Shown: positions 25,313 to 35,135, numbered from the stretch's first letter. The stretch is 37,622 nucleotides of DNA from Gemmatimonadota bacterium (GCA_039588275.1 JBDHAC010000057.1:1-37622), one strand, 5' to 3'. The notes: generated by a model from the letters alone, not told the origin. Numbers and translations: made by a program.

Positions 25313-27081
25313 ACTCGCGTCGCGCACTCGACCAGCTTATCGCCGGCATCTGGTTCGCCCTCGTCACGGGCTTCGCGGAGTCTGCGATCCTGCTGTTTCA
25401 GAGACACGTGTTGGGGCATTTGCTATTCCTCAGCCTTCACACCGTGTGGCTGGCGCCAGTCGCGTACTCGATTCTCTTTCTGATCCCGGCGGTTCTTCTC
25501 GCCATCCTGACGATGGCCCTGGGCAAGCGAATCTCGAGCGCGGCAGGGTTCTTCCTCTTCGGTCTGCTGGGCTTCGGGAGTCTCGTGCTTCCGTACGAAC
25601 AGATACACCGAGCGGCCGGTGGACTGTTGGCATTGGGCGCGGCCGCCATGTTGACCCGCGTCCTGGCCCCTCGGACGCCCGCGGTCGTGCGCTTCATGAG
25701 GCGCTCGCTGGCTCCCCTGATCGCCGCTGTTGTGGTCATCGGAGCCGGTATGACCGTCGGAGCCACCTGGCGCGAACGGCGGGCGATCGGAGCGCTCCCC
25801 GAGTCACCAGCGGGATCACCGAACGTCCTGCTCATCATGCTCGATGCGGTTCGTGCCGAGAACCTCGGAGCCTACGGATATGATCGGCGGACGACGCCGA
25901 GCCTCGATGCTCTGGCGGAGGAGGGGGCGGTGTTCGACTGGTTCATCACGACCTCTCCCTGGTCGCTGCCAGCCCTCGGCACCATGCTTACCGGAACGTA
26001 TCCGCACGAGCAATCGAGCGGATTCATGGAGCGTCTGGATGACAGGTACCCGACGGTGGCCGAGGTCCTCACGGCAGCGGGGTACGCTTCGGCCGGCTTC
26101 TCGGCCAACCTTCACTATGGGAGCCGGGATGTCGGCCTCTCGCGTGGCTTCATCCACTATGAGGACTACGTCGGACCCCGGGAGAGCGTGCTCCGCCACT
26201 CGTGGCTCGGCCAAACCGCCATTGTGCAGGATATTCTCGGGGTCCGGTCGTGGTCCGACCTCGCTGACATCGCGCGGGATCCGGACTTTACGACCGCGCA
26301 CCGACGTGAATGCCAGAAGTCGGCCGGAGAGATAACCCGTGCGTTTCTCGACTGGCTCCCGGCGGCGGATGGGCATCCGTTCTTCGCCTTCATCATCTAC
26401 TACGACGCGCACTTTCCCTACCGCGCGCACGAGGGTTTTGGGGAATGGCTGGGCCAAGAGCCCGACCCGATCGACAACTACGATAGCGAGATCCGATACA
26501 TCGACCATTACCTGGGTGAGCTGACCCGGGAGCTGGACTCACGCGGCGAGCTCGACGAGACGGTTATTATCGTCACCGCCGACCACGGAGAGCTTCTTGG
26601 CGAACATGGGCTGACCACGCACGGAAATAGCCTGTACTTGCAGCTTCTGCGTGTACCACTCGTCGTTCGGTTCCCCAAACGAGTCCCGGCCGGGGTACGT
26701 GTGGGGCGGGTAGCCGGGATGCGACACCTGCCGCGCACCATCCTTGATCTCGCCGGGGTCGCGGGAGGAGAGTTCCCCGGACGGAGCCTGGTCGACTTGA
26801 TGCTGGATCCGGAGGCGGCTTCGCCCGATTCTTTCGTCTTGTCCGAGCACACGTTCGACGTGGGCCAGATCTCCACAGTCCTCGATCGACCGGGCGAGCT
26901 CAGATCGCTGATTTCGGACGAGCTCCATTACATTCGGGGTCTGGAGGGGTCCGAGGAGCTGTATGCGTACCGACGGGATCCCGAGGAGTCGCGGACACTC
27001 GTCGGCGTCCCCGAATACGAGGCCGCGCTCGACCGATTTCGAAGCGCGCTGAGCGAGTGGTTCACGGTCGACGAGCCGTGA
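25309..27081 (+). CDS. Membrane-bound sulfatase-like (alkaline phosphatase superfamily) enzyme; probable CTG start
   Basis: N-terminal TM helices, 'PNVLLIMLDAVRA', 'SPWSLPA..TMLTG', 'YYDAHFPY', 'YDSEIRYID' and 'TADHGE..GEHG..HG'. The frame stays open and hydrophobic upstream of GTG 25408 as far as CTG 25309, with AGGAG 8 nt before it. Confidence 0.85.
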   Translation: MNSRRALDQLIAGIWFALVTGFAESAILLFQRHVLGHLLFLSLHTVWLAPVAYSILFLIPAVLLAILTMALGKRISSAAGFFLFGLLGFGSLVLPYEQIHRAAGGLLALGAAAMLTRVLAPRTPAVVRFMRRSLAPLIAAVVVIGAGMTVGATWRERRAIGALPESPAGSPNVLLIMLDAVRAENLGAYGYDRRTTPSLDALAEEGAVFDWFITTSPWSLPALGTMLTGTYPHEQSSGFMERLDDRYPTVAEVLTAAGYASAGFSANLHYGSRDVGLSRGFIHYEDYVGPRESVLRHSWLGQTAIVQDILGVRSWSDLADIARDPDFTTAHRRECQKSAGEITRAFLDWLPAADGHPFFAFIIYYDAHFPYRAHEGFGEWLGQEPDPIDNYDSEIRYIDHYLGELTRELDSRGELDETVIIVTADHGELLGEHGLTTHGNSLYLQLLRVPLVVRFPKRVPAGVRVGRVAGMRHLPRTILDLAGVAGGEFPGRSLVDLMLDPEAASPDSFVLSEHTFDVGQISTVLDRPGELRSLISDELHYIRGLEGSEELYAYRRDPEESRTLVGVPEYEAALDRFRSALSEWFTVDEP

Positions 27082-27344
27082 CTGCCGGGTGAAACGAGGG
27101 GTGGGCTGATTCAAGGCCCCCTGGTACCGCTTCAGAAGAGGGTGAGACCAAGCCCGAGAGCCGGATCGCGCTCTTGCAGAGGGACGAAGTCGGCGGCCCC
27201 CCCCGGCCAACCTGCGACAGGAGTCTTGCTCACCTTTCACCCACCTGGCACGTTCTGACTGTGCCAGGGATCCCGTGTCCGGCCTGGTTCCGGATGCTTC
27301 TGGCAGGCCACCTCGTTCTACGTTTCCTCTGCCCGGACGGCGCC

Positions 27345-30300
27345 ATGAACAGACTCGCCCCCCTCGCCACGCCGCTCATCGCCCTGGTCCTCTTGCCGGC
27401 CGCCGAGCTCGCGGCGCAGGAGGGCGGTTCGACGCTTTCGGCAACCGATCTCAGTGCCCTGGAGCTCCGTAACATCGGGCCGGCGATCAACGGCGGACGC
27501 ATCGCCGACATCGACATCCACCCGGAGAATCCGAACATCTGGTACGTGGGCGTGGGCTCGGGCGGCGTGTGGAAGACCGTGAACGCCGGTACGACCTGGA
27601 CGCCGATCTTCGACGACCAACCCTCCTATTCGATCGGCTCGGTCGCCATCGACCCGGGCGACCCGTCCACGGTCTGGGTGGGGACGGGGGAGAACATCGG
27701 CGGGCGGCACGTCGGCTTCGGCGACGGCGTCTACAGGAGCACCGATGGCGGGCGCACGTGGCGGAACATGGGTCTCGAGGGCTCGCAGCACATCTCCACC
27801 ATGCTGGTCCACCCCGAGGACTCCGATGTCTTGTGGGTCTCGGTCCAGGGCCCGCTGTGGACCCCGGGCGGCCAGCGAGGGCTGTACAAGACCACCGATG
27901 GCGGCGAGACGTGGCGCCGGGTGCTCGGCGGCGACGACTGGATCGGCGTGACGGACATCGTCATGGACCGGCGTGATCCGGATGTCCTGTACGCGGCCAC
28001 CTGGGAGCGTCACCGCACCGTGGCCGCCTACCTGGGTGGCGGACCCGGGTCGGGGGTCCACAAGAGCACGGACGGGGGCGAGACCTGGAGGGAGCTCACG
28101 ACCGGGCTCCCCACCTCCAACATGGGGAAGATCGGTCTCGCGATCTCGCCGCAGGATCCCGACAACGTGTACGCGGCGATCGAGCTCGACCGGCGGACGG
28201 GCGGCCTCTATCGATCGATGAACCGGGGCGGGTCGTGGACGAAGATGTCGGACGCGGTCTCGGGCGGAACCGGGCCGCATTACTACCAGGAACTGTACGC
28301 CTCGCCGCATCGGTTCGGACGCCTCTATCTGGTCAGCAACGTGACCCAGATCTCCGACGACCACGGCGCCTCGTTCCGGTTCATGAATCTCGAAACGAAG
28401 CACTCCGACGACCACGCGATCGCCTTCCGCAAAGGCGACCCGAACTACCTGCTCGTCGGGTCGGACGGCGGGCTGTACGAGACGTACGACGACATGGAGA
28501 CGTGGAGGTTCCTCAGCAATCTCCCGTTGATGCAGTACTACAAGATCTCCGTCGACGACGCCGAGCCGTTCTACCACGTGTTCGGAGGCACGCAGGACAA
28601 CGGCTCCAACGGCGGCCCTTCGCGCACCGACAAGGAAGAGGGGATTCGGAACGCCGACTGGTTCAAGACGCTGGGCGCCGACGGCCACGACTCGGCCACC
28701 GAGCCCGGCAACCCGAACATCATCTACGCCGAGACCCAGCAGGGCGGGCTGCACCGCGTCGACCGCATCACCGGCGATCAGGTGTTCATCCAGCCACAGG
28801 CGCGCGAGGGCGAAGGCTTCGAGCGCTACAACTGGGACGCGCCCATCGAGATCAGCCCGCACGACCCGACACGCATCTACTTCGCGTCGCAGCGCGTTTG
28901 GAGAACGGACGATCGGGGCGACAGTTGGCGGCCGATCTCCGGCGATCTGACCCGGAACCAGGAGCGGATCACGCTCCCGATCGGGGGCCGGCGGCAGAGC
29001 TGGGACAATCCGTGGGACGTCTCCGCCATGTCCAACTACAACACGGTCACCTCGCTCGGCGAGTCGCCGCTCGTCGAGGGGCTCATCTACGCCGGCACCG
29101 ACGACGGTCTGCTCCAGGTGACCGAGGATGGTGGGGAGAACTGGCGGCGGATCGAGGTGGGGAGCATCCCGGGGGTGCCCGCCACGGCGTTCGTCAACGA
29201 CATCAAGGCCGACCTGTTCGACGAGAGCACCGTCTACGTGGCGCTCGACAACCACAAGTACGGTGACTTCCGGCCCTATCTCGTGAAGAGCACGGACCGC
29301 GGCCGCTCGTGGGCGTCCATCGCGGGGAACCTGCCGGATCGGCACCTCGTGTGGCGAATGGTGCAGGACCACGTACAGCCGAACCTGCTCTTCGCCGCGA
29401 CGGAGTTCGCCATCTTCTTCACGGTGGACGGCGGGACGGAGTGGATCGAGCTCGAGGGCGGGGCGCCGACCATCTCCTTCCGCGACATCGACATTCAGCG
29501 GACGCACAATGATCTCGCGGCAGGATCGTTCGGTCGAGGCATCTTCATCCTCGACGATTACACCCCGCTCCGCGAGCTGAGCGCCGAGGTCCTGAGCCGC
29601 GAGGCGGCGCTCTTCTCCACGCGGACGGCGTACTGGTACGTCCCGAAGGAGCTCTCCGAGTCGCAAGGGGACGCCGACTACCGGGCCGAGAACCCTCCGT
29701 TCGGCGCCGTCTTCACCTATCACCTGCGGGACGGCTACACCTCGAAGGAGGCGGAGCGGAAGGAGCGGGAGCGGGACGTCGGCGAGGTAGAGGACGTCCC
29801 CTTCCCCGGCTGGGACGCGCTCGAGGGTGAGATGCGGGAGCAGGGGCCGACGGTGCAGGTCGTGGTGCGCGACGCCGCGGGGAGCGTGATCGATCGCGTG
29901 GACGGCCCCACGTCGGCCGGGCTCCACCGGGTGAGCTGGGACCTGGAGCACGCGCCGCAGGGCCTCGTCGACCTCGAGAGTCCCGGGGGAGGAGGGGGCT
30001 TTCTGGCGCTCCCGGGGACCTATGCAGCCACCCTGGTCAAGATCGAGGAGGGCGAGGTGACCGAGCTCGCGGGCCCCATCCGGTTCGAGGTGGAGCCGCT
30101 GCGCGAGGGCACCCTCCCCCGTGTATCGAACGAGGCCGTCGCTTCCTTCCGGGCGGAGGTGGTGGCGTTGGAGCGAGATCTGGATCGCGCCGAGACCCTC
30201 ATCGACGAACAGATCCAGAAGGTGGAGGCGCTGCAGACGGCTCTCGCCCGCGCGGAGCGCCCCGACCCCGAGCTGGCCAGTCGTCTGTACGAGGCGCGGC

Positions 30301-30593
30301 TAGAGCTCCTCGAGCTTCGTGAGGCGTTGGAGGGCAGCGAGGCGAAGGATGAGATCGGAGAGCGGGATCCCCCGACGCCCGACGACCGCCTCGACGTGGG
30401 CCAGGACGGGCTCGACACCACGTACGGGCCCACCCAGCTCCACCGGCGCACGGTGGAGGCGGGGCGGAACGAACTGGTCGCGATCCGCGGACAGATCGAT
30501 CGGATGGCCGAGCAGGTGGTTCCGGAGCTCGAGCGAGCGGTGGAAGCGACGGGGGCGCCGCCAGTGGAGGGCGGTTCGGCGTCGGCTCCCTGA
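27345..30593 (+). CDS. VPS10/sortilin-like BNR (Asp-box) beta-propeller protein, putative glycosyl hydrolase, exported
   Basis: Signal peptide, 'RNIGPAINGGRIAD', about 10 Asp-boxes (e.g. YRSTDGGRTW, VKSTDRGRSW), 'GGTQDNG' and a C-terminal coiled coil. Confidence 0.88.
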   Translation: MNRLAPLATPLIALVLLPAAELAAQEGGSTLSATDLSALELRNIGPAINGGRIADIDIHPENPNIWYVGVGSGGVWKTVNAGTTWTPIFDDQPSYSIGSVAIDPGDPSTVWVGTGENIGGRHVGFGDGVYRSTDGGRTWRNMGLEGSQHISTMLVHPEDSDVLWVSVQGPLWTPGGQRGLYKTTDGGETWRRVLGGDDWIGVTDIVMDRRDPDVLYAATWERHRTVAAYLGGGPGSGVHKSTDGGETWRELTTGLPTSNMGKIGLAISPQDPDNVYAAIELDRRTGGLYRSMNRGGSWTKMSDAVSGGTGPHYYQELYASPHRFGRLYLVSNVTQISDDHGASFRFMNLETKHSDDHAIAFRKGDPNYLLVGSDGGLYETYDDMETWRFLSNLPLMQYYKISVDDAEPFYHVFGGTQDNGSNGGPSRTDKEEGIRNADWFKTLGADGHDSATEPGNPNIIYAETQQGGLHRVDRITGDQVFIQPQAREGEGFERYNWDAPIEISPHDPTRIYFASQRVWRTDDRGDSWRPISGDLTRNQERITLPIGGRRQSWDNPWDVSAMSNYNTVTSLGESPLVEGLIYAGTDDGLLQVTEDGGENWRRIEVGSIPGVPATAFVNDIKADLFDESTVYVALDNHKYGDFRPYLVKSTDRGRSWASIAGNLPDRHLVWRMVQDHVQPNLLFAATEFAIFFTVDGGTEWIELEGGAPTISFRDIDIQRTHNDLAAGSFGRGIFILDDYTPLRELSAEVLSREAALFSTRTAYWYVPKELSESQGDADYRAENPPFGAVFTYHLRDGYTSKEAERKERERDVGEVEDVPFPGWDALEGEMREQGPTVQVVVRDAAGSVIDRVDGPTSAGLHRVSWDLEHAPQGLVDLESPGGGGGFLALPGTYAATLVKIEEGEVTELAGPIRFEVEPLREGTLPRVSNEAVASFRAEVVALERDLDRAETLIDEQIQKVEALQTALARAERPDPELASRLYEARLELLELREALEGSEAKDEIGERDPPTPDDRLDVGQDGLDTTYGPTQLHRRTVEAGRNELVAIRGQIDRMAEQVVPELERAVEATGAPPVEGGSASAP

Positions 30594-30604
30594 GGCGTCG
30601 AGAC

Positions 30605-31465
30605 CTGCCGAAGATCTCCGATGAGCTGGGCGCGCACGTGTCGACCGCGGGCGGGGTCGACAGCGCGCCGGGCCGCGCCGCCGAGATCGGGTGCGCCTGC
30701 CTGCAGCTGTTCACGAAACAGCCCACCCGGTGGGCGGAGCCGACGATCGACGCCGCCACGGTGCAGGCGTTCGCCGATGCCCGGCAGGCGCACGGCATCC
30801 GCGTGGCCGCCGCGCACGACTCGTACCTGATCAACCTGGCGTCGCCCGACGGTGCGCTCTGGGAGCGGTCGGTCCGTTGCTTGGAGGGCGAACTGCGGCG
30901 CTGCGTCTCGCTCGGCCTCGAATTCCTCGTGACGCACCCGGGGAACGCGACAGACGGTAACTTTGAGGCCGGTGTAGCGCGCAACTCCGAGGGGGTGGCG
31001 CACGCGCTGGAGCGGGTCGAAGGCACGACGGCGGTACTGCTCGAGCTGACCGCCGGGTCGGGCACGTCGATTGGCGCGACGTTCGAGCGGCTGGCCGCGA
31101 TCCTCGCTGGCATCCCCGGCGGGTTCGGCTCCCGGGTGGGGGTCTGCTTCGACACCTGTCACGCATTCGCGGCCGGCTACGACCTGGTGGGCGACTGGGA
31201 AGGCGTGTGGGCGAGATTCGATGACGTGATCGGGCTCCGGAATCTTCAGCTCTTCCACGTCAACGACTCGAAGCACCCACTCGGAGCACGGGTCGACCGC
31301 CACGAACACCTCGGCCAGGGAACCCTCGGCGTGGAGCCCTTTCGGCGCCTGATGAACGATGAGCGCTTCGTGCGCGCGCCGAAGCTGCTCGAGACGCCCA
31401 AGGAGGGCGACGCGGGGAAGTACGACGTCATGAATCTCGACTTCCTACGCGGGCTCCGGGACTGA
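30605..31465 (+). CDS. nfo: Endonuclease IV (AP endonuclease); probable CTG start
   Basis: 'ELGAHVSTAGG', 'QLFTK', 'HDSYLINLAS', 'THPG', 'DTCHAFAAGYD', 'HVNDSK..GARVDRHEHLG' and 'LETP'. Confidence 0.93.
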   Translation: MPKISDELGAHVSTAGGVDSAPGRAAEIGCACLQLFTKQPTRWAEPTIDAATVQAFADARQAHGIRVAAAHDSYLINLASPDGALWERSVRCLEGELRRCVSLGLEFLVTHPGNATDGNFEAGVARNSEGVAHALERVEGTTAVLLELTAGSGTSIGATFERLAAILAGIPGGFGSRVGVCFDTCHAFAAGYDLVGDWEGVWARFDDVIGLRNLQLFHVNDSKHPLGARVDRHEHLGQGTLGVEPFRRLMNDERFVRAPKLLETPKEGDAGKYDVMNLDFLRGLRD

Positions 31466-31665
31466 TACGACGGCTCGGTTGCGGCCCCGGTCCGCGACCA
31501 AGGCCGGACGCCGCTTGCCACCCACCTTGCTCCAAGTCAGCTTTTGGAGCTTTGAGACTTGCCACACAGCGGCCTCTCAGCCACCGAGAGCGAGAATAGC
31601 CCGCTGTGGGTGGCTCGACCGGGGTCTGATAGCTCGCTTCGCCCGATCCTCAACGCTACGCGCAC

Positions 31666-33336
31666 ATGAGAAACGACGCCCTCGACAATCAGCCGGTGTT
31701 CAGCAGCGTCGATGAGATGGTCGAGCACTTCACCGAAGGTGCCGAGATCCTTGCCGTCTGCCCCGCGAAGGTGGCTGAAGACACGAGCCGCCTTCGACTG
31801 ATCGTGCTCACCGCGGTACTCGTGTCGATCGCGGCGCTCGTGCAATGGGTGGGTGCGAGGGTTTTCGGTTTCTTCCTCGGAAGCGTCCTGACCGAGACCG
31901 GCCTCGCGATCTTCGTCTTCGCCGGTCTCGGGTACGGGGTGTACCGATTGTTCCGGCCGAAGACGGACATCTTCATCGTGACCGACCGAGGGGTGGTCGG
32001 CCTGAAGGGGACCGCCCGGACGGTACACGGAGTCAGTGCCAGCCAGCTGTTGAGCATCCCGGCCGACCGGATCGGGAAGTACCGATTCTCGCAGATCGTT
32101 TTCCCGTACACCATCCTGCGCTTCGAGGAGCGTGACTCGCACGACGTGGTGATCGCGTCCCAGAATCGGTTCTGGAACAAGAAACACCTCGTCGGACCGC
32201 ACGGCCGGTCGCTGCGCGACGCGCTCAGTCTGCTGCGCCTGCGGGGCTCGTCCGACCCGGGAGCGAGCTGGGGGACACAGGCGAGCTTCGTGCCCGTCTA
32301 CCTCAAAAGCCTGTGGATCTTCGGCGCCGTCGCCTCCGCATTCATCGCCGTGTTCGTCCTGTTCACTCCGCTCATGGGTCCGGGTGCGGAGGAAACCGCC
32401 CGGCAGGGGATGGAAGCGTACGAAGGGGAGCGGTTCGTCGAGGCAGCCGAGCTCTTCGAAAGCGCCGCGAATGATGGGAATCCCACGGCTCAGGCGTACC
32501 TCGGTCAGATGTACGAGTTCGGCCTGGGGGTCGCGCCGGATCTCGGCGAGGCGCGGCGGTGGTACGAACCCGCCGCCGAGCAGGGGAACGCGATGGCGCA
32601 GGGCGGTCTCGGCTACCTCCTCATCTTCGGGCCGCCCGGCGTTTCCGGAGACACGGCGCAGGGGATGCGCTGGCTCCGGTCGGCGGCGGAGCAGAACGAC
32701 GCGCGGGCCCAAAACAACCTCGGGGCCGCCCTGACGATGACCGAAGAGTACTCGCAGGCCCGCCAGTTCTTCCGCCAGGCGGCCGACCAGGGATACATGA
32801 TGGCGCAGCGAAACCTGGGAGATCTGTACTTCCACGGGCGGGGTGGGAGCCAGAGCTACCCGGATGCGCTCAGCTGGTATCGGCGCGCGGCCGAACAGGG
32901 CGACGCCGTCTCGCAGCGTGTCGTGGGCTTCATCTACGACCAGGGCCTGAGCGTTCCGGCCAGCGACGACGACGCGATGCTCTGGTACGAGCGAGCCGCG
33001 GCTCAGGGCGACACGATCGCCCGGAACAACGCTCGAATCTTGGAGCAGCAGAGGCCGGCCTGGGAGGCCATCCGGGAGCTGGAGCTCGAGACGCGCCCGT
33101 CGCTCCTCGATGACGGCTCGCAGGTCCTTCGCTTGCGGAACGTGAGGCCAGTGCGGCTCGCCTTCGATCTCACCTGCTACCGGGGCTCATTCTCCAAGAC
33201 GCTGAGCGTGGACGTCGCCCCGCTCGGGTTCGAGGAGGTGGGATTCCTCGAAGGATGGACCGGCAACTTCCTCACCGGTGATCGCTGCGAGATCTACTTC
33301 GCGGGCGCGCTGCTGCAGAGCTTCTCGATTCGATAG
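31666..33336 (+). CDS. Membrane-anchored Sel1-like repeat protein
   Basis: Two N-terminal TM helices, a soluble domain, a third TM, then five Sel1 repeats (e.g. 'AQAYLGQMYEFGLGV..D..EARRWYEPAAEQG') and a beta-rich C-terminal domain with two Cys. Confidence 0.85.
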   Translation: MRNDALDNQPVFSSVDEMVEHFTEGAEILAVCPAKVAEDTSRLRLIVLTAVLVSIAALVQWVGARVFGFFLGSVLTETGLAIFVFAGLGYGVYRLFRPKTDIFIVTDRGVVGLKGTARTVHGVSASQLLSIPADRIGKYRFSQIVFPYTILRFEERDSHDVVIASQNRFWNKKHLVGPHGRSLRDALSLLRLRGSSDPGASWGTQASFVPVYLKSLWIFGAVASAFIAVFVLFTPLMGPGAEETARQGMEAYEGERFVEAAELFESAANDGNPTAQAYLGQMYEFGLGVAPDLGEARRWYEPAAEQGNAMAQGGLGYLLIFGPPGVSGDTAQGMRWLRSAAEQNDARAQNNLGAALTMTEEYSQARQFFRQAADQGYMMAQRNLGDLYFHGRGGSQSYPDALSWYRRAAEQGDAVSQRVVGFIYDQGLSVPASDDDAMLWYERAAAQGDTIARNNARILEQQRPAWEAIRELELETRPSLLDDGSQVLRLRNVRPVRLAFDLTCYRGSFSKTLSVDVAPLGFEEVGFLEGWTGNFLTGDRCEIYFAGALLQSFSIR

Positions 33337-33554
33337 GTTCGCGCCCGTAGGCCCTTGACGACGTACGGCCTCCATCAAGAAGCGTTTCAGCAGAAACGTC
33401 TCAGAATAGTGGAACCGATCGGTGCCTAACCGACGGTAGCTATCAACCTTCCAATCGCCCCGCCCTCGAGCGCCTGCGTCCTTCGGGCTCCGGGAACAAG
33501 AGGCGTGCCGGTTGTCTCCAAGAGACAATAGCCACATACGAGTCAGGGGCCATT

Positions 33555-33583
33555 TTGACAAAATAAGTTGTCTAATGTATGGT
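33555..33583 (+). promoter_or_regulatory. Sigma70 promoter with overlapping palindromic operator
   Basis: TTGACA-N17-TATGGT. Inverted repeat GACAA-AATAAG-TTGTC (33557-33572) overlaps the -35 and the spacer. Confidence 0.7.
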
Positions 33584-33588
33584 GTGTC

Positions 33589-34260
33589 ATGGTCGCGATA
33601 GCGGAATCACGAGCGGAGGCGGTATCGACTGGGTTGCGAGCCGTGGAGCCGGTGCGGGTTCTCGCGGACCCTGGCCGCGTGCGAGCCGCGCTCTCTCCTC
33701 TCAGGCGGCGGGTGTTGCGAGAGCTCCGTGACCCGGGGTCCGCGAGTAGCCTGGCCCCCCGTCTCGGGGTGAGTCGCCAGAAGCTCAACTATCACGTGCG
33801 CGTGCTGGAGGATCTGGGACTCCTTCGGCTGGTCGAGCTGCGTCAGCGGCGGGGCTGTCAGGAGAGGCTGCTCCAGACGTCGGCGAGAACGCTCGTCGTC
33901 GCGCCCGAGGTTCTCGGCGACGTCGCCACGGAGCCCGAGGAGCGGCAGGACCGATTCTCGAGCGCGTATCTGGTGCGCACCGCGGCGCAGCTGATGGGCG
34001 ACGTCGCCGCCCTCCGTGAAGGCGCGCGCGAGGCCGGCCAGCGACTCGCGACCGTGACCCAGGAGACGGAGATCCACTTTCGATCGCCTGCCGACATGCG
34101 GGCATTTACCGAGAAGCTGACAGCAGCCATCTCCGAGTTGGTGGCCGAGTACGACCGCCCTGACGACCCGGGCGGTCGCCCCTACCGTTTGATCCTGGGC
34201 ATGCATCCCAGACGAGACCCCGAAGGCGGAACGTCTTCCGAAGCAAGAGAACGAGAATGA
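33589..34260 (+). CDS. ArsR-like (HTH_20) transcriptional regulator
   Basis: 'LSPLRRRVLRELRDPGSASSLAPRLGVSRQKLNYHVRVLEDLGLL' wHTH. ATGA-coupled to the SRPBCC gene. Confidence 0.9.
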   Translation: MVAIAESRAEAVSTGLRAVEPVRVLADPGRVRAALSPLRRRVLRELRDPGSASSLAPRLGVSRQKLNYHVRVLEDLGLLRLVELRQRRGCQERLLQTSARTLVVAPEVLGDVATEPEERQDRFSSAYLVRTAAQLMGDVAALREGAREAGQRLATVTQETEIHFRSPADMRAFTEKLTAAISELVAEYDRPDDPGGRPYRLILGMHPRRDPEGGTSSEARERE

Positions 34261-35135
34261 GCGAGAGCGATCACCCCGGCACGCGAGAGCAGGAACACAG
34301 CATCGAGATCGACGCACCACCGGAGGCCGTCTGGCGGGCGATCACCGAGGCCGAAGAGGTCATTCGCTGGTACGTGCAGAGCGCCGAGATCGATCCGCGC
34401 GTCGGGGGGACCTACAAGGTCTCGTGGGGCGAGGGGATGGACGGGGTGAGCGAGATCGTCACCTTCGAGCCCGGACGACATTTTCGCATCGAGCACCGCC
34501 CCATGCCGGGATCGCCGCCGTTCGAGACGGGGCCGATCGCGGAGGAGTACTTCATCGAGACCAGGGGCGGGAAGACGGTGCTCCGCCTCGTGACCTCCGG
34601 GATCCCCGACACTGACGACTGGGACGCGTTTTACGAGGGAACGAAGCGCGGCTGGACGATCTTCCTCATGAGCCTGCGACATTACCTGGAGCGGCACGCC
34701 GGCACGCCTCGCGATCAGATCGTCTCGATGGTCGGACTACCCGGCTCATGCGCGGACGCGTGGCCGGTACTGATGGGAGACGATGGCCTCGGAGTCGCGG
34801 ACACGCTGGAGACCGCGACGTCCGGAGCTCGCTACAGCGGGCGGACCGCCTTCGGACAGGATCTCGCCGGCGAAGTGATCATGCTGGACCCGCCCCACCG
34901 GTTTCTCGTGACCCTCGAGGACGTGAATGACGGCTTACTCGGCGCGACCCTGGAGCAGATGGGTCCCCAGAACTTCCTCTATCTGTCCCTCTCGACGTTT
35001 GGCCTCGAGCCGGCGGTGGTGGAGGAGATGAGAGGCCGGTGGAGCGATTGGCTGACGGGGCTCTTCCCTACCGGCGCGGCTCCCGCGGAGGCGTTTCAGG
35101 AGATGCTCAGCGACCCGGCGGCCACTCCGGATTGA
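34257..35135 (+). CDS. SRPBCC/AHSA1-like (START-fold) protein with tandem domains
   Basis: 'IEIDAPPEAVWRAIT', 'IDPRVGG' and 'GWTIFLMSLRHYLE', followed by a second degenerate domain. Confidence 0.88.
   Translation: MSESDHPGTREQEHSIEIDAPPEAVWRAITEAEEVIRWYVQSAEIDPRVGGTYKVSWGEGMDGVSEIVTFEPGRHFRIEHRPMPGSPPFETGPIAEEYFIETRGGKTVLRLVTSGIPDTDDWDAFYEGTKRGWTIFLMSLRHYLERHAGTPRDQIVSMVGLPGSCADAWPVLMGDDGLGVADTLETATSGARYSGRTAFGQDLAGEVIMLDPPHRFLVTLEDVNDGLLGATLEQMGPQNFLYLSLSTFGLEPAVVEEMRGRWSDWLTGLFPTGAAPAEAFQEMLSDPAATPD

Noticed and set aside
27318..29951. Long antisense/alternate-frame ORFs (877 aa here; also 10158-11804, 17882-19426, 6219-8027, 14514-15818)
   Set aside because: Shadow ORFs of well-supported genes, expected in high-GC DNA. 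No motifs.
30605..31465. TIM-barrel gene as the missing 3-keto-glycoside lyase of the GMC operon
   Set aside because: It has the full endonuclease IV signature set (HDSYLINL, DTCH, DRHEHLG) and is unlinked to that operon.
33337..33550. Minus-strand ORF 33187-33561 as a gene or remnant
   Set aside because: Overlaps the Sel1 gene end, has atypical codon usage and no recognisable motif.
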